64,000 bases of DNA from Thermoplasmata archaeon. GTDB lineage: Archaea; Thermoplasmatota; DTKX01; DATEUP01. The position numbers and the translations under genes were made by a program. Location of the stretch: positions 1,978-65,977 of the forward strand of contig JBGQKI010000008.1 of the NCBI GenBank assembly GCA_041499475.1, given 5' to 3'. How positions within the stretch are numbered: position 1 is the first letter of the stretch; every line of letters begins with the position of its first letter. Of this stretch, positions 17,922 to 27,412 are shown piece by piece. The notes under the pieces are model-generated. The model saw nothing but the letters and a program-made list of their open reading frames with translations. It was not told the origin of the DNA and made no database searches.

Positions 17922-19310
17922 CTACTCGGGCAGCGTCCCGCGCACGAACTCCAGGAACCGCTTGCTCTGCGCCGCATCGCGCCGCTCGAAGGCGATGTTG
18001 TACGCCCCGTCCGGCGTAATCACGCTCTCGAAGAGGTCGCCAAGCGCGTTGAGGCGCGAGCCGACGTAGACGGGGTCGGGACTTGCAGGCGTGAAGTTGA
18101 TGGAGATGTTGCCGATGTCGGAGTTGCGCATCATCCCGCCATAGACGTACCAGGTCGAGTTGTCCGTGACCGGCACATCGCGCGTCCCGTAGAACGCGAC
18201 GCCGAGGGTGCCCGTGGAGTCGAGCGTAAACGACTGGTAGAACGAATAGAGGAGGAACGGCGTGATGTCGGAGACATTCCAAGTCGCGCCGTAGTCGGTG
18301 CTGCGCCCGAGGTAGAAGTGGCTCCCGTTGGTCTCCCCGCCCGTGATGTCGTTCCACAAGACGTAGACCTGGCCGTTGTCGCCCGCCGCCACGAGCGGGA
18401 ACCCGCCGCTCTGGCCGGTACGGTGGGCGACGACCACCGGTTTGCTAAAGTCCCAGGTGAGGCCCGAGTCGCTCGAAGCGTAGAACCGCATGTCTTGGTC
18501 GGCGGTCGTGTCGGCCTCGTCGAAGATGTAGACGTGGGTACCCATGCGCTCGGCGTCGATTTCGCCCCACCCGTTGCCGGGTACGGGCGTCCCGACGGTG
18601 AACGTCCTGCCGCCGTTCGCGGAGCGGTAGTACCAGTACCGGCCGCCGTTCACTTGCTGGCCGTTGTTGCCAAGGTAGTGGAGGATCCCGCTGCCCTGGG
18701 CCGTGATCCACGGGCGGTCGTCGAATCCCGTGGTCTTTTGGATGTGCTCCGAGTACTGCCACTGCCCCTGGTTGGCCCACACGTGCAGGTGGTTGTCGAT
18801 GAGGTAGGTGTCCACGAAGTAGACGTAGTCGCGCGAGTCGACCGCGATGTCGCCTTCGTCGCCGGCGTAGCGTTCCCACTTGGCGCCGAACGGGAAGGGC
18901 TGCGTCGGCGAGGCCCATGTGGCGCCGTTGTCGGTGCTCATGAGGAACCACGAAGCGAGGTAGGGGTACGACGCCCGGTCGTTCTGGTCCTTGTGGGCCG
19001 TGTAGTAGAGCGCGCCTGTCGAATCGACGGCAAGGCCGGGCTCGTACCCTTCGCCGCCCACCGCGACGACCTGGCCCCATTGGACGTCGGGGCCGTGTGG
19101 GGTGTTGCCGGGCAAGGTGGGCTTTGCCGTGCCGACGCTGAGGGCAAAGTCGAGCCCGAGGCTCCCGACGAGCAGGATCGCGAGCACGACCGCCCCCATC
19201 ATCTGCTGCTTGGGGGTCCCGGGCAGCTTGACGAGTAGGGTCTTGGGGAGGCGCGCGCCGATCGAGGCGGGCAGCTTGAACTTGGGGAGCTTGACCGTTG
19301 GAAGGCGCAT
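17922..19310 (-). CDS. BNR/Asp-box repeat protein (sialidase-like beta-propeller), membrane-anchored or secreted
   Basis: Four Asp-box motifs SxDxGxTW: STDNGATW, SANGGRTF, SSDSGLTW, STDYGATW. N-terminal hydrophobic anchor MMGAVVLAILLVGSLGL (real start is probably the internal Met). Confidence 0.8.
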   Translation of the reverse strand: MRLPTVKLPKFKLPASIGARLPKTLLVKLPGTPKQQMMGAVVLAILLVGSLGLDFALSVGTAKPTLPGNTPHGPDVQWGQVVAVGGEGYEPGLAVDSTGALYYTAHKDQNDRASYPYLASWFLMSTDNGATWASPTQPFPFGAKWERYAGDEGDIAVDSRDYVYFVDTYLIDNHLHVWANQGQWQYSEHIQKTTGFDDRPWITAQGSGILHYLGNNGQQVNGGRYWYYRSANGGRTFTVGTPVPGNGWGEIDAERMGTHVYIFDEADTTADQDMRFYASSDSGLTWDFSKPVVVAHRTGQSGGFPLVAAGDNGQVYVLWNDITGGETNGSHFYLGRSTDYGATWNVSDITPFLLYSFYQSFTLDSTGTLGVAFYGTRDVPVTDNSTWYVYGGMMRNSDIGNISINFTPASPDPVYVGSRLNALGDLFESVITPDGAYNIAFERRDAAQSKRFLEFVRGTLPE

Positions 19311-19370
19311 CAGAGCCCTACGGTGGGCCCCCCCGAAAAAGGTTGACCTTGCGTCCCGGCTGCCGTCCGC

Positions 19371-22300
19371 CTAAACCCGCGTGAGGTCGCCGGGCCCTTT
19401 GCCCTTGCGCCGCTCGTCGCTTTCTTCTTTCTCCTTCTCGTGGTCGACGGGCGCCACCTCCGCTTCCTTCCGCCTCGCGACCGCCACGAGCAGGAGGAGA
19501 ATGCCGGTGATGGCGACGAGGAAGATCTGGACCCCGCGGTCGGCGAGGAAGCCGCCGGGCTGGGGAGGCGAGACCGTGACGAGGGTCGCGGCCTGGTTGT
19601 TGCTGAAGGACGACTCATAGATGTCGGAAGGCGGCGGCGGGTTGACCTCAACCGAGAGGTTGATCGACCCGGCAAATTGGGGCGTCCAGCTGAACGAGAC
19701 GGTCTCCTCCCGCCCAACCGGCAGGCTGGTGATCAGCTTCCGGCCGTACTCCTGGCCGTCGACCTTGAAGACGACGGGGAGGCTGCCCGAGAAGGGGCGC
19801 AGCCCCACGTTGGCGACCTTGGCGAGCACCTGCACCTCTTTGCCCGCCTGGGCCGGCCCCGAGAGGTGGAAGGGGCTGACTTGGAAATCGTAGACGAAGC
19901 CCACGGTCGCGCTGATCGACACGAGGCGCGGGGCGCTGTGTGTGACGGAGTCCACGCTGAGGTCGATCTGGAAGCTCTCGCGGTCGACTTCGAGGGGCGC
20001 GGCGACCGAGAGGGTCACCGTGGCGCTTTGGCCTGCGGCAATAGTGAGCGTGACGAGGTCGGCGCCGCTGGGGTCGAGGGCGATCGTGAATCCTCCGGCG
20101 CCCGGCGTCGTGGTGACCGTGTAGGTGTCCTCGACGGTGCCGCGGTTGGTGACCGACAGGTTCGTCGACCGGGTCTGGCCGGGCACGAGGCGGATGCCCG
20201 ACGCGCCGGTCACGGAGAAGTCGTAGCTGACCTCAACGGCGTCGAGGGCAAAGGAAACCGTGGCGGAGACCCCGGAGTCGTTGGCGGAGGCCGCAGTGAA
20301 GTTGATCGTGTACGGCCCGCCGGTCGCGGAGGCCGACACCCGCACCGTCGCGCGCACAACCGCAAGGCCGCCGCGGGGCACGGTCGCGTCGGCCGTTTCG
20401 AAGGAGACCCACGAGGAGCACGCGCCGGGGCCGGAGCACACCGCGGAGAGGCTGACGTTCTCGTCGGCGTTCCCGAGGTTCGAGACCGTGAGGTTGACCG
20501 TGCGGTTCGCGCCGGCGAGCAGGCGGCCGCTTGACGCGTCCTCCGTCAGCGAGAGGTTGCGCAGCACGCCTGCGGTGGCGCGCAGCCCAAGCGAGCGCGT
20601 CCGCACGGGCGGGGCGACCGTCGAACCGTTGAGGGAGGTCGTCTGAGATTCGCCGGGGGAAGCTCCGGGGGGGGCCGTCACTTCGAGCCGGATGAGCGCC
20701 GTCGCGTTTGGGCCAAGCAGGACCGCAGCGACCGTCGAGCCGTTCGCATCGAGGATCCGGGTGCTCCACGCGCCCGACGCGGAAAGGACGATCGTATTGT
20801 TGTTCGGCCCGCGGTTGGTCACGTTCACATCCAAAGTCGCAGTGCCGCCGGGGGCGAGGGCAACGTCGGTGGACGAAAGCGCGGTGAGCAGGAAGTCGTA
20901 CGGCGAGGGGAGTTTGAGCACCATGTCGACGGTGGTTTGGATATCTTCCGAGTAGGCGCAAATCTGCGTGCTGTTCTCGTCGAGGCCGTCGGTGCCGTTG
21001 ACGAAAACGGGGTCGCCGTCAAGGAAGGTCGCGGCGGTGAGCAGGATGGAGTATTGGCCGCCGCCGTCCGTGCTCGTGTTGAGGGCGACGCCCCGGGCCG
21101 CGTTGGCAAGCGAGACGCGGGCCCCGACGACGGGCGCGCCGCCTTTGGTCACGGTGCCCGCGACGGTGAGGTCGCCGACGGGCGTCAGGTCCTTGACCGA
21201 CACCTGGGCCGTGAGGTTGTTGTTCGACTCCGACGATTCGGAGATGAGGTTGCCCGGGTCGACCTCGGCGGTCAGCGACTTGAGCCCCGTCGTGGTGTAG
21301 GTGAAATTCATCGACTGGGTGCCCGTGCCGTCGGCTTCGATGCGCGTGGGGATGTCGGTGAAGGTGCCCTCGACCCAGAAGCGTATGCGCACGCTCGAGA
21401 TCGGCGCGTTTTGGGCCGCGTTGGCGATGGTCACCTTGATCCGGGAGGATTCGCCCTGGATCAGCCGCGGCGACCCGAAGAACGCCTCGCCCCCGCACTG
21501 GCGGTAGAATTGGATCGAGGTCACGACGAGGTCGGGGACCACGACGGTGGTGAAGAGGGTGGCCGTGTCGTTGCGCTGGGTGTCGTTCTGCGAGCGGGCG
21601 GTGATGGTGACCGTCGAGTTTTCGCCCTGCGAGGCAAACGACGGGGCGCGCACCGTGACGGCAAAGGTGCCGCGGGCGGTGGCGGGCAGCGCGATCGTCT
21701 TGCGCGTGAGGGTCACGGTCCAGCCCGCGGGCGGCGTGCTGTTGGTGAGGTCGAGGGTGTCCGGCGAGTTGCCCGAGTTGATGACATCGAACGAGTAGAT
21801 TGCCGTGTCGCCCGCGGTGACGTTGGCCGACGCGGAGGCGGGGTAAAGGGAGACGCCGTACTGGCCGCCGATGATGATGGTGAATACGATCCTCGCCGTG
21901 TTGCGCGCCGAGTTCTGCGATACGCCGGTGACGACGATGTCGTACTCGCCTTGGGTCGCAAACGAGTCGGTCGTGATCGAGACGAACGAGGTGTTCGTGT
22001 CGCCGGCCGTGCCGGCGGGCGTTAGCGTAAGGTTCCGGGGGTTCAGGCTGCCGCTCCAGTTGACGGGGAGCGCGCCGACCGAGATGTCGACGAGGTTGTC
22101 CTGCGTCCCTTCGGAGACCGCGTTGAGGATGAACGCGTAGGCGAAGCCGGGCTGGACGGCCGTGCGGTTAACGGGCGATTCGAACCTGAACCCGAAGAGC
22201 GAGGTCACATTCACGATCACCACGGCGGTGTTGTTGCTCTCGTCGATCTCCTCGATCGTATTGTTGGGGTCCGCGACCACGCGCAGCGTCCTCGCTCCCC

Positions 22301-24077
22301 CGCCCGTGAAGTTGACCGTGACCTGGGCCTGGGCGGTCGCCCCGGCAAGGACCACCGGCAGCGCAGTCGAGGCAAGAATCTGCGCGCCGTCGAAGAAGGA
22401 GACGCTGACGTTGGCCGCGAGCGTGTTGCCGCCGTTGTGCACGGTGGCGGTGACCGAGACATTCTCAAACTGCTGCGGTTGGGTGTTGTTGAGCGCAACA
22501 TCGGAGGCGTTGACGTGGAGGTCAGCAAGCGCATACGAGACGGCGGCCGCGTTCGCGGTGATGTCGAGGAAGCCGTCCTTGTCGAGGTCGGCGACCGCGG
22601 GCCCCGAGAACTCGGTGGGCGCGGCTTGGTCGAAGGTGAGGTGGCGCAGGATACGCGAGCCGTTGGTGCCCGACCGGACTTCGCAGGCGCCGTCGGTGAG
22701 GAACGCGACGATGTCCTTCACGCCGTCCCCGTTCAGGTCGGCGATGGCGGGCGGCGCAAGGGTGTTTTCGCGCGATGGCCCCGGAGATTCGTCGATGGTC
22801 GCGTTCCACTTGCGCGTCCCGTTGCCCGAGAACACCTCGATGTAGGCCTGCGAGTTGGGGGCGGTGAACGGCGTGCCGGGCAGGTAAGACAAGGCGACAA
22901 TTTCAGCGACCCCGTCGCCGTCGAGGTCGACCACCGCAGGCGAGGCGCCGGTGAGCCCGGCAAGGCTTACGTTGACGCTGGCGGTGTTCGAGCCGTTGAA
23001 GAAGACGCGAAGGCGCGCGACCGAATTCTCGTACGGGGTGACCAGTGCGACGTCGTTCGCGAGGCCCCCCCCGTCGAGGTCGCCGGCGGAAGGCGCGGGC
23101 AGCTGCAAGTCAAGGGACTTGTACGCGAGCGAGGTGTCGTACCACTGTGGGAAACTTGCGTTCCACAGGAAGTTCAGACTGCCGTCGAAGGCCGTGAGGA
23201 TGAAGTCCGACTCGACGGCGCTGAAGTTCGTCCTCGTCCGGTTGGTGGAGGCGACGAGCACGCGCCAGCCCGAGCCGTAGGCCATCACGGTGGGCGCCGA
23301 GACGATCGTCCCGTCCACGGTTTGGTTGCGGAATTCCGCGCCGGTCGCCCCGTCAAGGAGGTAGAGCCGGTCGCCGGCGGGCGCGAGGATGTCGGGCGCG
23401 GGGCTGCCGAGGAGGTCGGCCGCGATCGGCGTGGAGAGGTTGTTGTTCGTCGAGAAGGAGCCGGAGAGCGAGAGGTTCCAGATCTGCTGCGCCTGGATGT
23501 CAGTCACGTTCGCGGCGGGGAAGAGCCAGTTCGAGCCGTCCCAGGTGATGTTGGGCGTGACCGCTTCGAGGAAGCCCGTGTCGCTGCGGATCACGAGGTC
23601 CATTTTGCCGTCGCGGTTCACGTCCGTGGCGATGGGCGTTGCGAAGATATTCCCCACAACCGGGTAGCTCCACATGAACGACGCGTTGTTGCCGGCGACG
23701 ATCGTGACGAGGGAGGTGCCGAGAACCGGGCTTGCGGAGGCGAAGACCACGCCGAGCGGGTCGGGGGCGCTCGTCGTGTTGTTCAGCTTCACGTCGGAGG
23801 AGAAGTTCGCCACGACCGTCGCGCCGTCGGACACCGAGAACGGGAGTTTCCACTTGATGAGCGAAGCGTTGTAGCCCCTGCCCGACACATTGGGGGCAAA
23901 TGAGTGGCCGGGCGTCACCCCGAACTGGGGGGCGACCTTGTCGGAGGCGTTCACGGTGAGGGGTTCGGGCGCCGCTGCCGCGAGAATCGTGGTGAGCGGC
24001 AAGCCGGACGCGACGACGGTGCCAGCAAGAACCCACGCAAACGCCTTGCGGGCCGCGCGCACTCCCATGGCTCTCAT
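19371..24077 (-). CDS. giant (1568 aa) cell-surface protein: FG-GAP/VCBS repeats + multiple CARDB-like Ig domains + C-terminal TM anchor
   Basis: Signal peptide AWVLAGTVVASGLPLTTILAAAA. FG-GAP motifs DVNRDGKMDLVI, DLDGDGVAEIV, DLNGDGVKDIV, DLDKDGFLDI. Many NxT sequons. CARDB-like units (VTATVHNGGNTLAANVSVSFFDG). C-terminal TM LVAITGILLLLVAVA followed by RRK and a long charged tail. Confidence 0.85.
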   Translation of the reverse strand: MRAMGVRAARKAFAWVLAGTVVASGLPLTTILAAAAPEPLTVNASDKVAPQFGVTPGHSFAPNVSGRGYNASLIKWKLPFSVSDGATVVANFSSDVKLNNTTSAPDPLGVVFASASPVLGTSLVTIVAGNNASFMWSYPVVGNIFATPIATDVNRDGKMDLVIRSDTGFLEAVTPNITWDGSNWLFPAANVTDIQAQQIWNLSLSGSFSTNNNLSTPIAADLLGSPAPDILAPAGDRLYLLDGATGAEFRNQTVDGTIVSAPTVMAYGSGWRVLVASTNRTRTNFSAVESDFILTAFDGSLNFLWNASFPQWYDTSLAYKSLDLQLPAPSAGDLDGGGLANDVALVTPYENSVARLRVFFNGSNTASVNVSLAGLTGASPAVVDLDGDGVAEIVALSYLPGTPFTAPNSQAYIEVFSGNGTRKWNATIDESPGPSRENTLAPPAIADLNGDGVKDIVAFLTDGACEVRSGTNGSRILRHLTFDQAAPTEFSGPAVADLDKDGFLDITANAAAVSYALADLHVNASDVALNNTQPQQFENVSVTATVHNGGNTLAANVSVSFFDGAQILASTALPVVLAGATAQAQVTVNFTGGGARTLRVVADPNNTIEEIDESNNTAVVIVNVTSLFGFRFESPVNRTAVQPGFAYAFILNAVSEGTQDNLVDISVGALPVNWSGSLNPRNLTLTPAGTAGDTNTSFVSITTDSFATQGEYDIVVTGVSQNSARNTARIVFTIIIGGQYGVSLYPASASANVTAGDTAIYSFDVINSGNSPDTLDLTNSTPPAGWTVTLTRKTIALPATARGTFAVTVRAPSFASQGENSTVTITARSQNDTQRNDTATLFTTVVVPDLVVTSIQFYRQCGGEAFFGSPRLIQGESSRIKVTIANAAQNAPISSVRIRFWVEGTFTDIPTRIEADGTGTQSMNFTYTTTGLKSLTAEVDPGNLISESSESNNNLTAQVSVKDLTPVGDLTVAGTVTKGGAPVVGARVSLANAARGVALNTSTDGGGQYSILLTAATFLDGDPVFVNGTDGLDENSTQICAYSEDIQTTVDMVLKLPSPYDFLLTALSSTDVALAPGGTATLDVNVTNRGPNNNTIVLSASGAWSTRILDANGSTVAAVLLGPNATALIRLEVTAPPGASPGESQTTSLNGSTVAPPVRTRSLGLRATAGVLRNLSLTEDASSGRLLAGANRTVNLTVSNLGNADENVSLSAVCSGPGACSSWVSFETADATVPRGGLAVVRATVRVSASATGGPYTINFTAASANDSGVSATVSFALDAVEVSYDFSVTGASGIRLVPGQTRSTNLSVTNRGTVEDTYTVTTTPGAGGFTIALDPSGADLVTLTIAAGQSATVTLSVAAPLEVDRESFQIDLSVDSVTHSAPRLVSISATVGFVYDFQVSPFHLSGPAQAGKEVQVLAKVANVGLRPFSGSLPVVFKVDGQEYGRKLITSLPVGREETVSFSWTPQFAGSINLSVEVNPPPPSDIYESSFSNNQAATLVTVSPPQPGGFLADRGVQIFLVAITGILLLLVAVARRKEAEVAPVDHEKEKEESDERRKGKGPGDLTRV

Positions 24078-24234
24078 CCGGCCGCCTGGCTCTGCCTGGC
24101 TTTTCGCAGGCGGTGGGCGATATTTAACCCTGATCTATCCTCGCGAGTGGATAAAAATGGGTGCGCGCGCGGCGCGCGGATGCGCGCCGCCGGCGTCCGA
24201 CACGCGGGCGCGCGGCGCGCTGTCCAGACGATCC

Positions 24235-24242
24235 TTTTATAT
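24235..24242 (+). promoter_or_regulatory. archaeal TATA box (TTTTATAT) for the small Zn-ribbon gene
   Basis: Sits 16-22 nt upstream of ATG 24258/24264, so the transcript is leaderless. The same 180-bp divergent region also holds TATA-like elements (GATAAAAATGGG at ~24150, TATTTAACC at ~24118) oriented for the giant gene starting at 24077. Confidence 0.45.
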
Positions 24243-24257
24243 CGGCGCGCCAATCCG

Positions 24258-24488
24258 ATGGCGATGCGGATTTCGTACATCCCGACGGTGACTTGCCCGA
24301 CCTGCCAGACGAAGGTCACCTACGCGCCGTCTCCCTTCCCGCCCGAGAACCTCCACCTCAAGAAAGTCAGTTTCGTTTCTCCGTGCCCGAACCCGAAATG
24401 CAAGCGGCTCGTCGTTGCCGACCCCCCGGACATCCGCTGGGAGCAGGTCGACTTGGACGAGGGCCCGAAGGAAAACCTGCCCTTCTAG
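24258..24488 (+). CDS. small Zn-ribbon protein (two CxxC pairs)
   Basis: 76 aa. CPTC...CPNPKC pairs. The extended ORF from 23904 is R/G-rich and is judged non-coding. Confidence 0.55.
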   Translation: MAMRISYIPTVTCPTCQTKVTYAPSPFPPENLHLKKVSFVSPCPNPKCKRLVVADPPDIRWEQVDLDEGPKENLPF

Positions 24489-24566
24489 AGCACGCTTCCC
24501 GGATGGCTCCGGGCAAGCCTCTTATCCTTAGCAACGGGTGCAAAGCGCGCTGTCGGGGGGCCGTGG

Positions 24567-25046
24567 ATGAGCGTCCTTGTCGTCCTTGGCTCGAAGACCG
24601 ACATTGAGGTCGCGGCGAAGGCCTGCGACACCCTCGAGGAGTTCGGTGTCCCGTACGAGTTGCGGGTTTGCTCGGCCCACCGCACCCCGCGCGCGCTGAT
24701 TCGGCTGATTGACGAGAGCAAGGCGGATGTGTTCATCGCCGTGGCCGGGATGTCGGCGGCGCTGCCGGGCGTGATTGCAGCCCACACGACCAAGCCGGTG
24801 ATCGGACTCCCCGTGGGCGGGAAGGTCCCCTTCGATTCGCTCCTTTCGACGGTGCAGATGCCGCCCGGCATCCCGGTGGCTGCGGTGGGCGTCGACCGGG
24901 GCGAGAACGCGGGGCTGCTCGCCGTCGAGATCCTCGCGGTGGGCGATGCGTCGTTGCGCGCGAAGCTCGAAGCCCATAGGAAAAAGCTCGAAAAGGCCAC
25001 GCAGGACGGCGACCGCGAGGTCACGCGCAAGGGACCCAAGCAGTAG
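24567..25046 (+). CDS. purE: N5-carboxyaminoimidazole ribonucleotide mutase (PurE)
   Basis: 159 aa. SKTDIEV, AHRTP and AGMSAALPGV PurE signatures. Confidence 0.9.
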   Translation: MSVLVVLGSKTDIEVAAKACDTLEEFGVPYELRVCSAHRTPRALIRLIDESKADVFIAVAGMSAALPGVIAAHTTKPVIGLPVGGKVPFDSLLSTVQMPPGIPVAAVGVDRGENAGLLAVEILAVGDASLRAKLEAHRKKLEKATQDGDREVTRKGPKQ

Positions 25047-25054
25047 GTGGCACG

Positions 25055-26008
25055 ATGGCGTTTGACCCGCAGAAGTTCGTTGACGAGGCACTCGCGCAGG
25101 TCAAGGCGCAGGTCGGCACGGGCAAGGTCGTGCTCGGCGCCTCGGGAGGCGTCGACTCCACGGTCGTGGCGGCGATCGGCGCGCGCGCGATCGGAAAGCA
25201 GCTCAGCGCCGTGTTTGTCGACACGGGTCTGCTGCGCAAAGGAGAGGCGGAGAGCGTCGTGAAGATGCTCTCGAGGATGGGGCTCACGCTGCGGCCGGTC
25301 GATGCCTCCAAGGAATTCTTCGAGGCGCTAAAGGGGATCACGGACCCGGAGGAAAAGCGGAAGGTCATCGGAGAAAAGTTCGTGCGTGTGTTCGAGCGCG
25401 AGGCCGACAAGTCCGGCGCCAAGTTCCTCATGCAAGGGACGATCGCCCCGGATTGGATCGAATCGGGCGGCGGGCCGCGCGACACGATCAAGACGCACCA
25501 CAATGTCGGCGGCCTGCCAAAGGACCTTAAGCTCACGGTCGTCGAACCGCTACGGGACCTCTACAAGGACGAGGTGCGCAAGGTGGCGCGCCTCCTCAAG
25601 TTGGAGGTGGCCGAGCGACAGCCGTTCCCGGGGCCCGGGCTTGCGGTGCGCTGCCTTGGCGAGTGCACGCCCGGGCGCATCGAAGTTGTCCGGGAGGCCT
25701 GCGCGATCGTCGAGGAAGAGATCGACAAGGCGGTGGCGGGCGGCAAGATGGAGCGGCCGTGGCAATACTTCGCGGCGCTGCTGCCGGTGAAGAGTGTGGG
25801 CGTGCACGGCGACCTGCGGGCGTACGGGCAGACGATCGTCGTGCGCGCCGTGCACTCGCTGGACGGGATGTCGGCGGCTTACTCGAAGATCCCTCACGAG
25901 ACGCTCGACCGGATTTCCATCCGGATCACGAACACGCTGAAGAAGCACGTGAACCGGGTCGTGTACGACATCTCGAACAAGCCGCCAGCGACCATTGAGT
26001 GGGAGTAG
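25055..26008 (+). CDS. guaAB: GMP synthase [glutamine-hydrolyzing] subunit B (ATP pyrophosphatase subunit, archaeal split guaA)
   Basis: PP-loop SGGVDS. C-terminal GMP synthase dimerisation/substrate domain (QPFPGPGLAVR...VRKV). 317 aa as in the archaeal two-subunit GMP synthases. Confidence 0.9.
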   Translation: MAFDPQKFVDEALAQVKAQVGTGKVVLGASGGVDSTVVAAIGARAIGKQLSAVFVDTGLLRKGEAESVVKMLSRMGLTLRPVDASKEFFEALKGITDPEEKRKVIGEKFVRVFEREADKSGAKFLMQGTIAPDWIESGGGPRDTIKTHHNVGGLPKDLKLTVVEPLRDLYKDEVRKVARLLKLEVAERQPFPGPGLAVRCLGECTPGRIEVVREACAIVEEEIDKAVAGGKMERPWQYFAALLPVKSVGVHGDLRAYGQTIVVRAVHSLDGMSAAYSKIPHETLDRISIRITNTLKKHVNRVVYDISNKPPATIEWE

Positions 26009-26024
26009 CGCACGGGGCGCCGGC

Positions 26025-26729
26025 CTATACTTGGGGCGTGTCGCCGCCGAACCGGTAATTGTTGAACTCGATCATGACCACGCCGTCCTGCACAACGGGC
26101 TTGAGCTGCTCCAGCGGCCGGGGCACGGGCCCGAACTTGGTCTTGCAGGAGTCGTACGGGTCGAAAGTGCCCAAATGGCAAGGGCAGACGATCAGGTCGT
26201 GGCCCTCATTGACCGGGACGAGCTTGGCGGCCTCGTCCTCGCTGCGCCACAGGGTGGTGCAGCTTAGGTGCGTGCACATCGCGTTGAAGGCCGCGATCGC
26301 CGGCGGCACGATACCTTTCATGCCTGCGGCGACCTTGGTCGGTTCGAGGTAGAGCGTGACGACCTTGATGTCCACGCCCTTGGTGACGCCAAAGGCGCCA
26401 TACCCGGGGCCGGGGAAGTCGGAGACTTTCATCGGTTCTCCGGCCTTGTCGTTGTGCCACGACGAGGTGGCACCCGAAGAGAGGAAACTCACTTCGGCAA
26501 GGCCGGTGATGGAGGCGGCCTGCGGGGCCGTGGAGGGCGCCGCAACGGGGGCGACCTGGCGGCCCGCGAGGTAGCCGCCCACCGCTGCCCCGGCGGCGAC
26601 GGCGGCGTAGGACGCCGCGGTTTTGATGAACTTGCGGCGCGAAGGCGATTCGATTCCGCCCGCCCCGCCGGCGCTCGCTCCCACGGATTCCGCACCCGTT
26701 CCAGATGTTGCTGGCGGTTCTCCGGACAT
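26025..26729 (-). CDS. Rieske [2Fe-2S] protein with Tat signal peptide
   Basis: Twin-arginine motif SRRKFIKTAAS. Rieske boxes CTHLSC and CPCHLGT. Confidence 0.85.
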   Translation of the reverse strand: MSGEPPATSGTGAESVGASAGGAGGIESPSRRKFIKTAASYAAVAAGAAVGGYLAGRQVAPVAAPSTAPQAASITGLAEVSFLSSGATSSWHNDKAGEPMKVSDFPGPGYGAFGVTKGVDIKVVTLYLEPTKVAAGMKGIVPPAIAAFNAMCTHLSCTTLWRSEDEAAKLVPVNEGHDLIVCPCHLGTFDPYDSCKTKFGPVPRPLEQLKPVVQDGVVMIEFNNYRFGGDTPQV

Positions 26730-26806
26730 GCTGAACGGGGAGCCTTACGTGGCCGCGAGCCGATAATGGCTTCGCCCCACCGGGCGTCCGGTGCGCGACC
26801 GTTGAG

Positions 26807-27391
26807 CTATCGAATCTGGTGCAGCCCCGAAGGCTCGCTCTTCCACTTGATCGAGCAGCCCTGGGCCATCGTGATCGGCTCGGCCACCTTGTTACCCTTA
26901 AGCGCCGCCTCAGTGGCATCCCGCAAGTCGTGCTTCTTAGCCTTGCTAGCTTCCTTGTAACCGTCGTCGATGCGCCCGTGGTAGACCAGCGTGCGGTCCT
27001 TTCCAAACACGAAAAACTCCGGCGTGCACTGCGCCCCGTACGCGCGCGCGACGGACTGCGACTCGTCGCGGAGGTACGTGAAATTGAACCCGCGGGCTTT
27101 CGCGCGCTGCTTCATCCCCTCAAACGAATCCTCGGGGTACACTTGGTCGTCGTTCGGGTTGATCGCGACAAGCTGCACGCCCTTCGCGCCGAAGTCGCGC
27201 TGGAAGGCGATCATGCGGTCCTCGGCGGCCTGCACGTAGGGGCAGTGGTTGCACGAAAACACGACCGCGAGAACCGCCTTGTCCTCGAACGACGAGAGCG
27301 AGTAGGTCTTGCCGTCGATGCCGGGCAGTGAAAAGTTTGGTGCTTTGGAGCCTGTCTTCAGGGCGAGCTTGGCGTCGGAGTAGGTGGGCAT
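26807..27391 (-). CDS. thioredoxin-fold thiol-disulfide oxidoreductase (TlpA/AhpC-TSA-like, CxxC = CNHC)
   Basis: 194 aa. AVVFSCNHCPYV active-site context typical of thioredoxin-like reductases. Confidence 0.8.
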   Translation of the reverse strand: MPTYSDAKLALKTGSKAPNFSLPGIDGKTYSLSSFEDKAVLAVVFSCNHCPYVQAAEDRMIAFQRDFGAKGVQLVAINPNDDQVYPEDSFEGMKQRAKARGFNFTYLRDESQSVARAYGAQCTPEFFVFGKDRTLVYHGRIDDGYKEASKAKKHDLRDATEAALKGNKVAEPITMAQGCSIKWKSEPSGLHQIR

Positions 27392-27412
27392 GTTTTGCCC
27401 AATAGCGGGCCG

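Noticed and set aside
20937-23903. Long plus-strand ORFs (362 aa, 488 aa) inside the 1568-aa surface protein gene
   Set aside because: R/G/D/V-rich antisense translations with no motifs; high-GC artifact.
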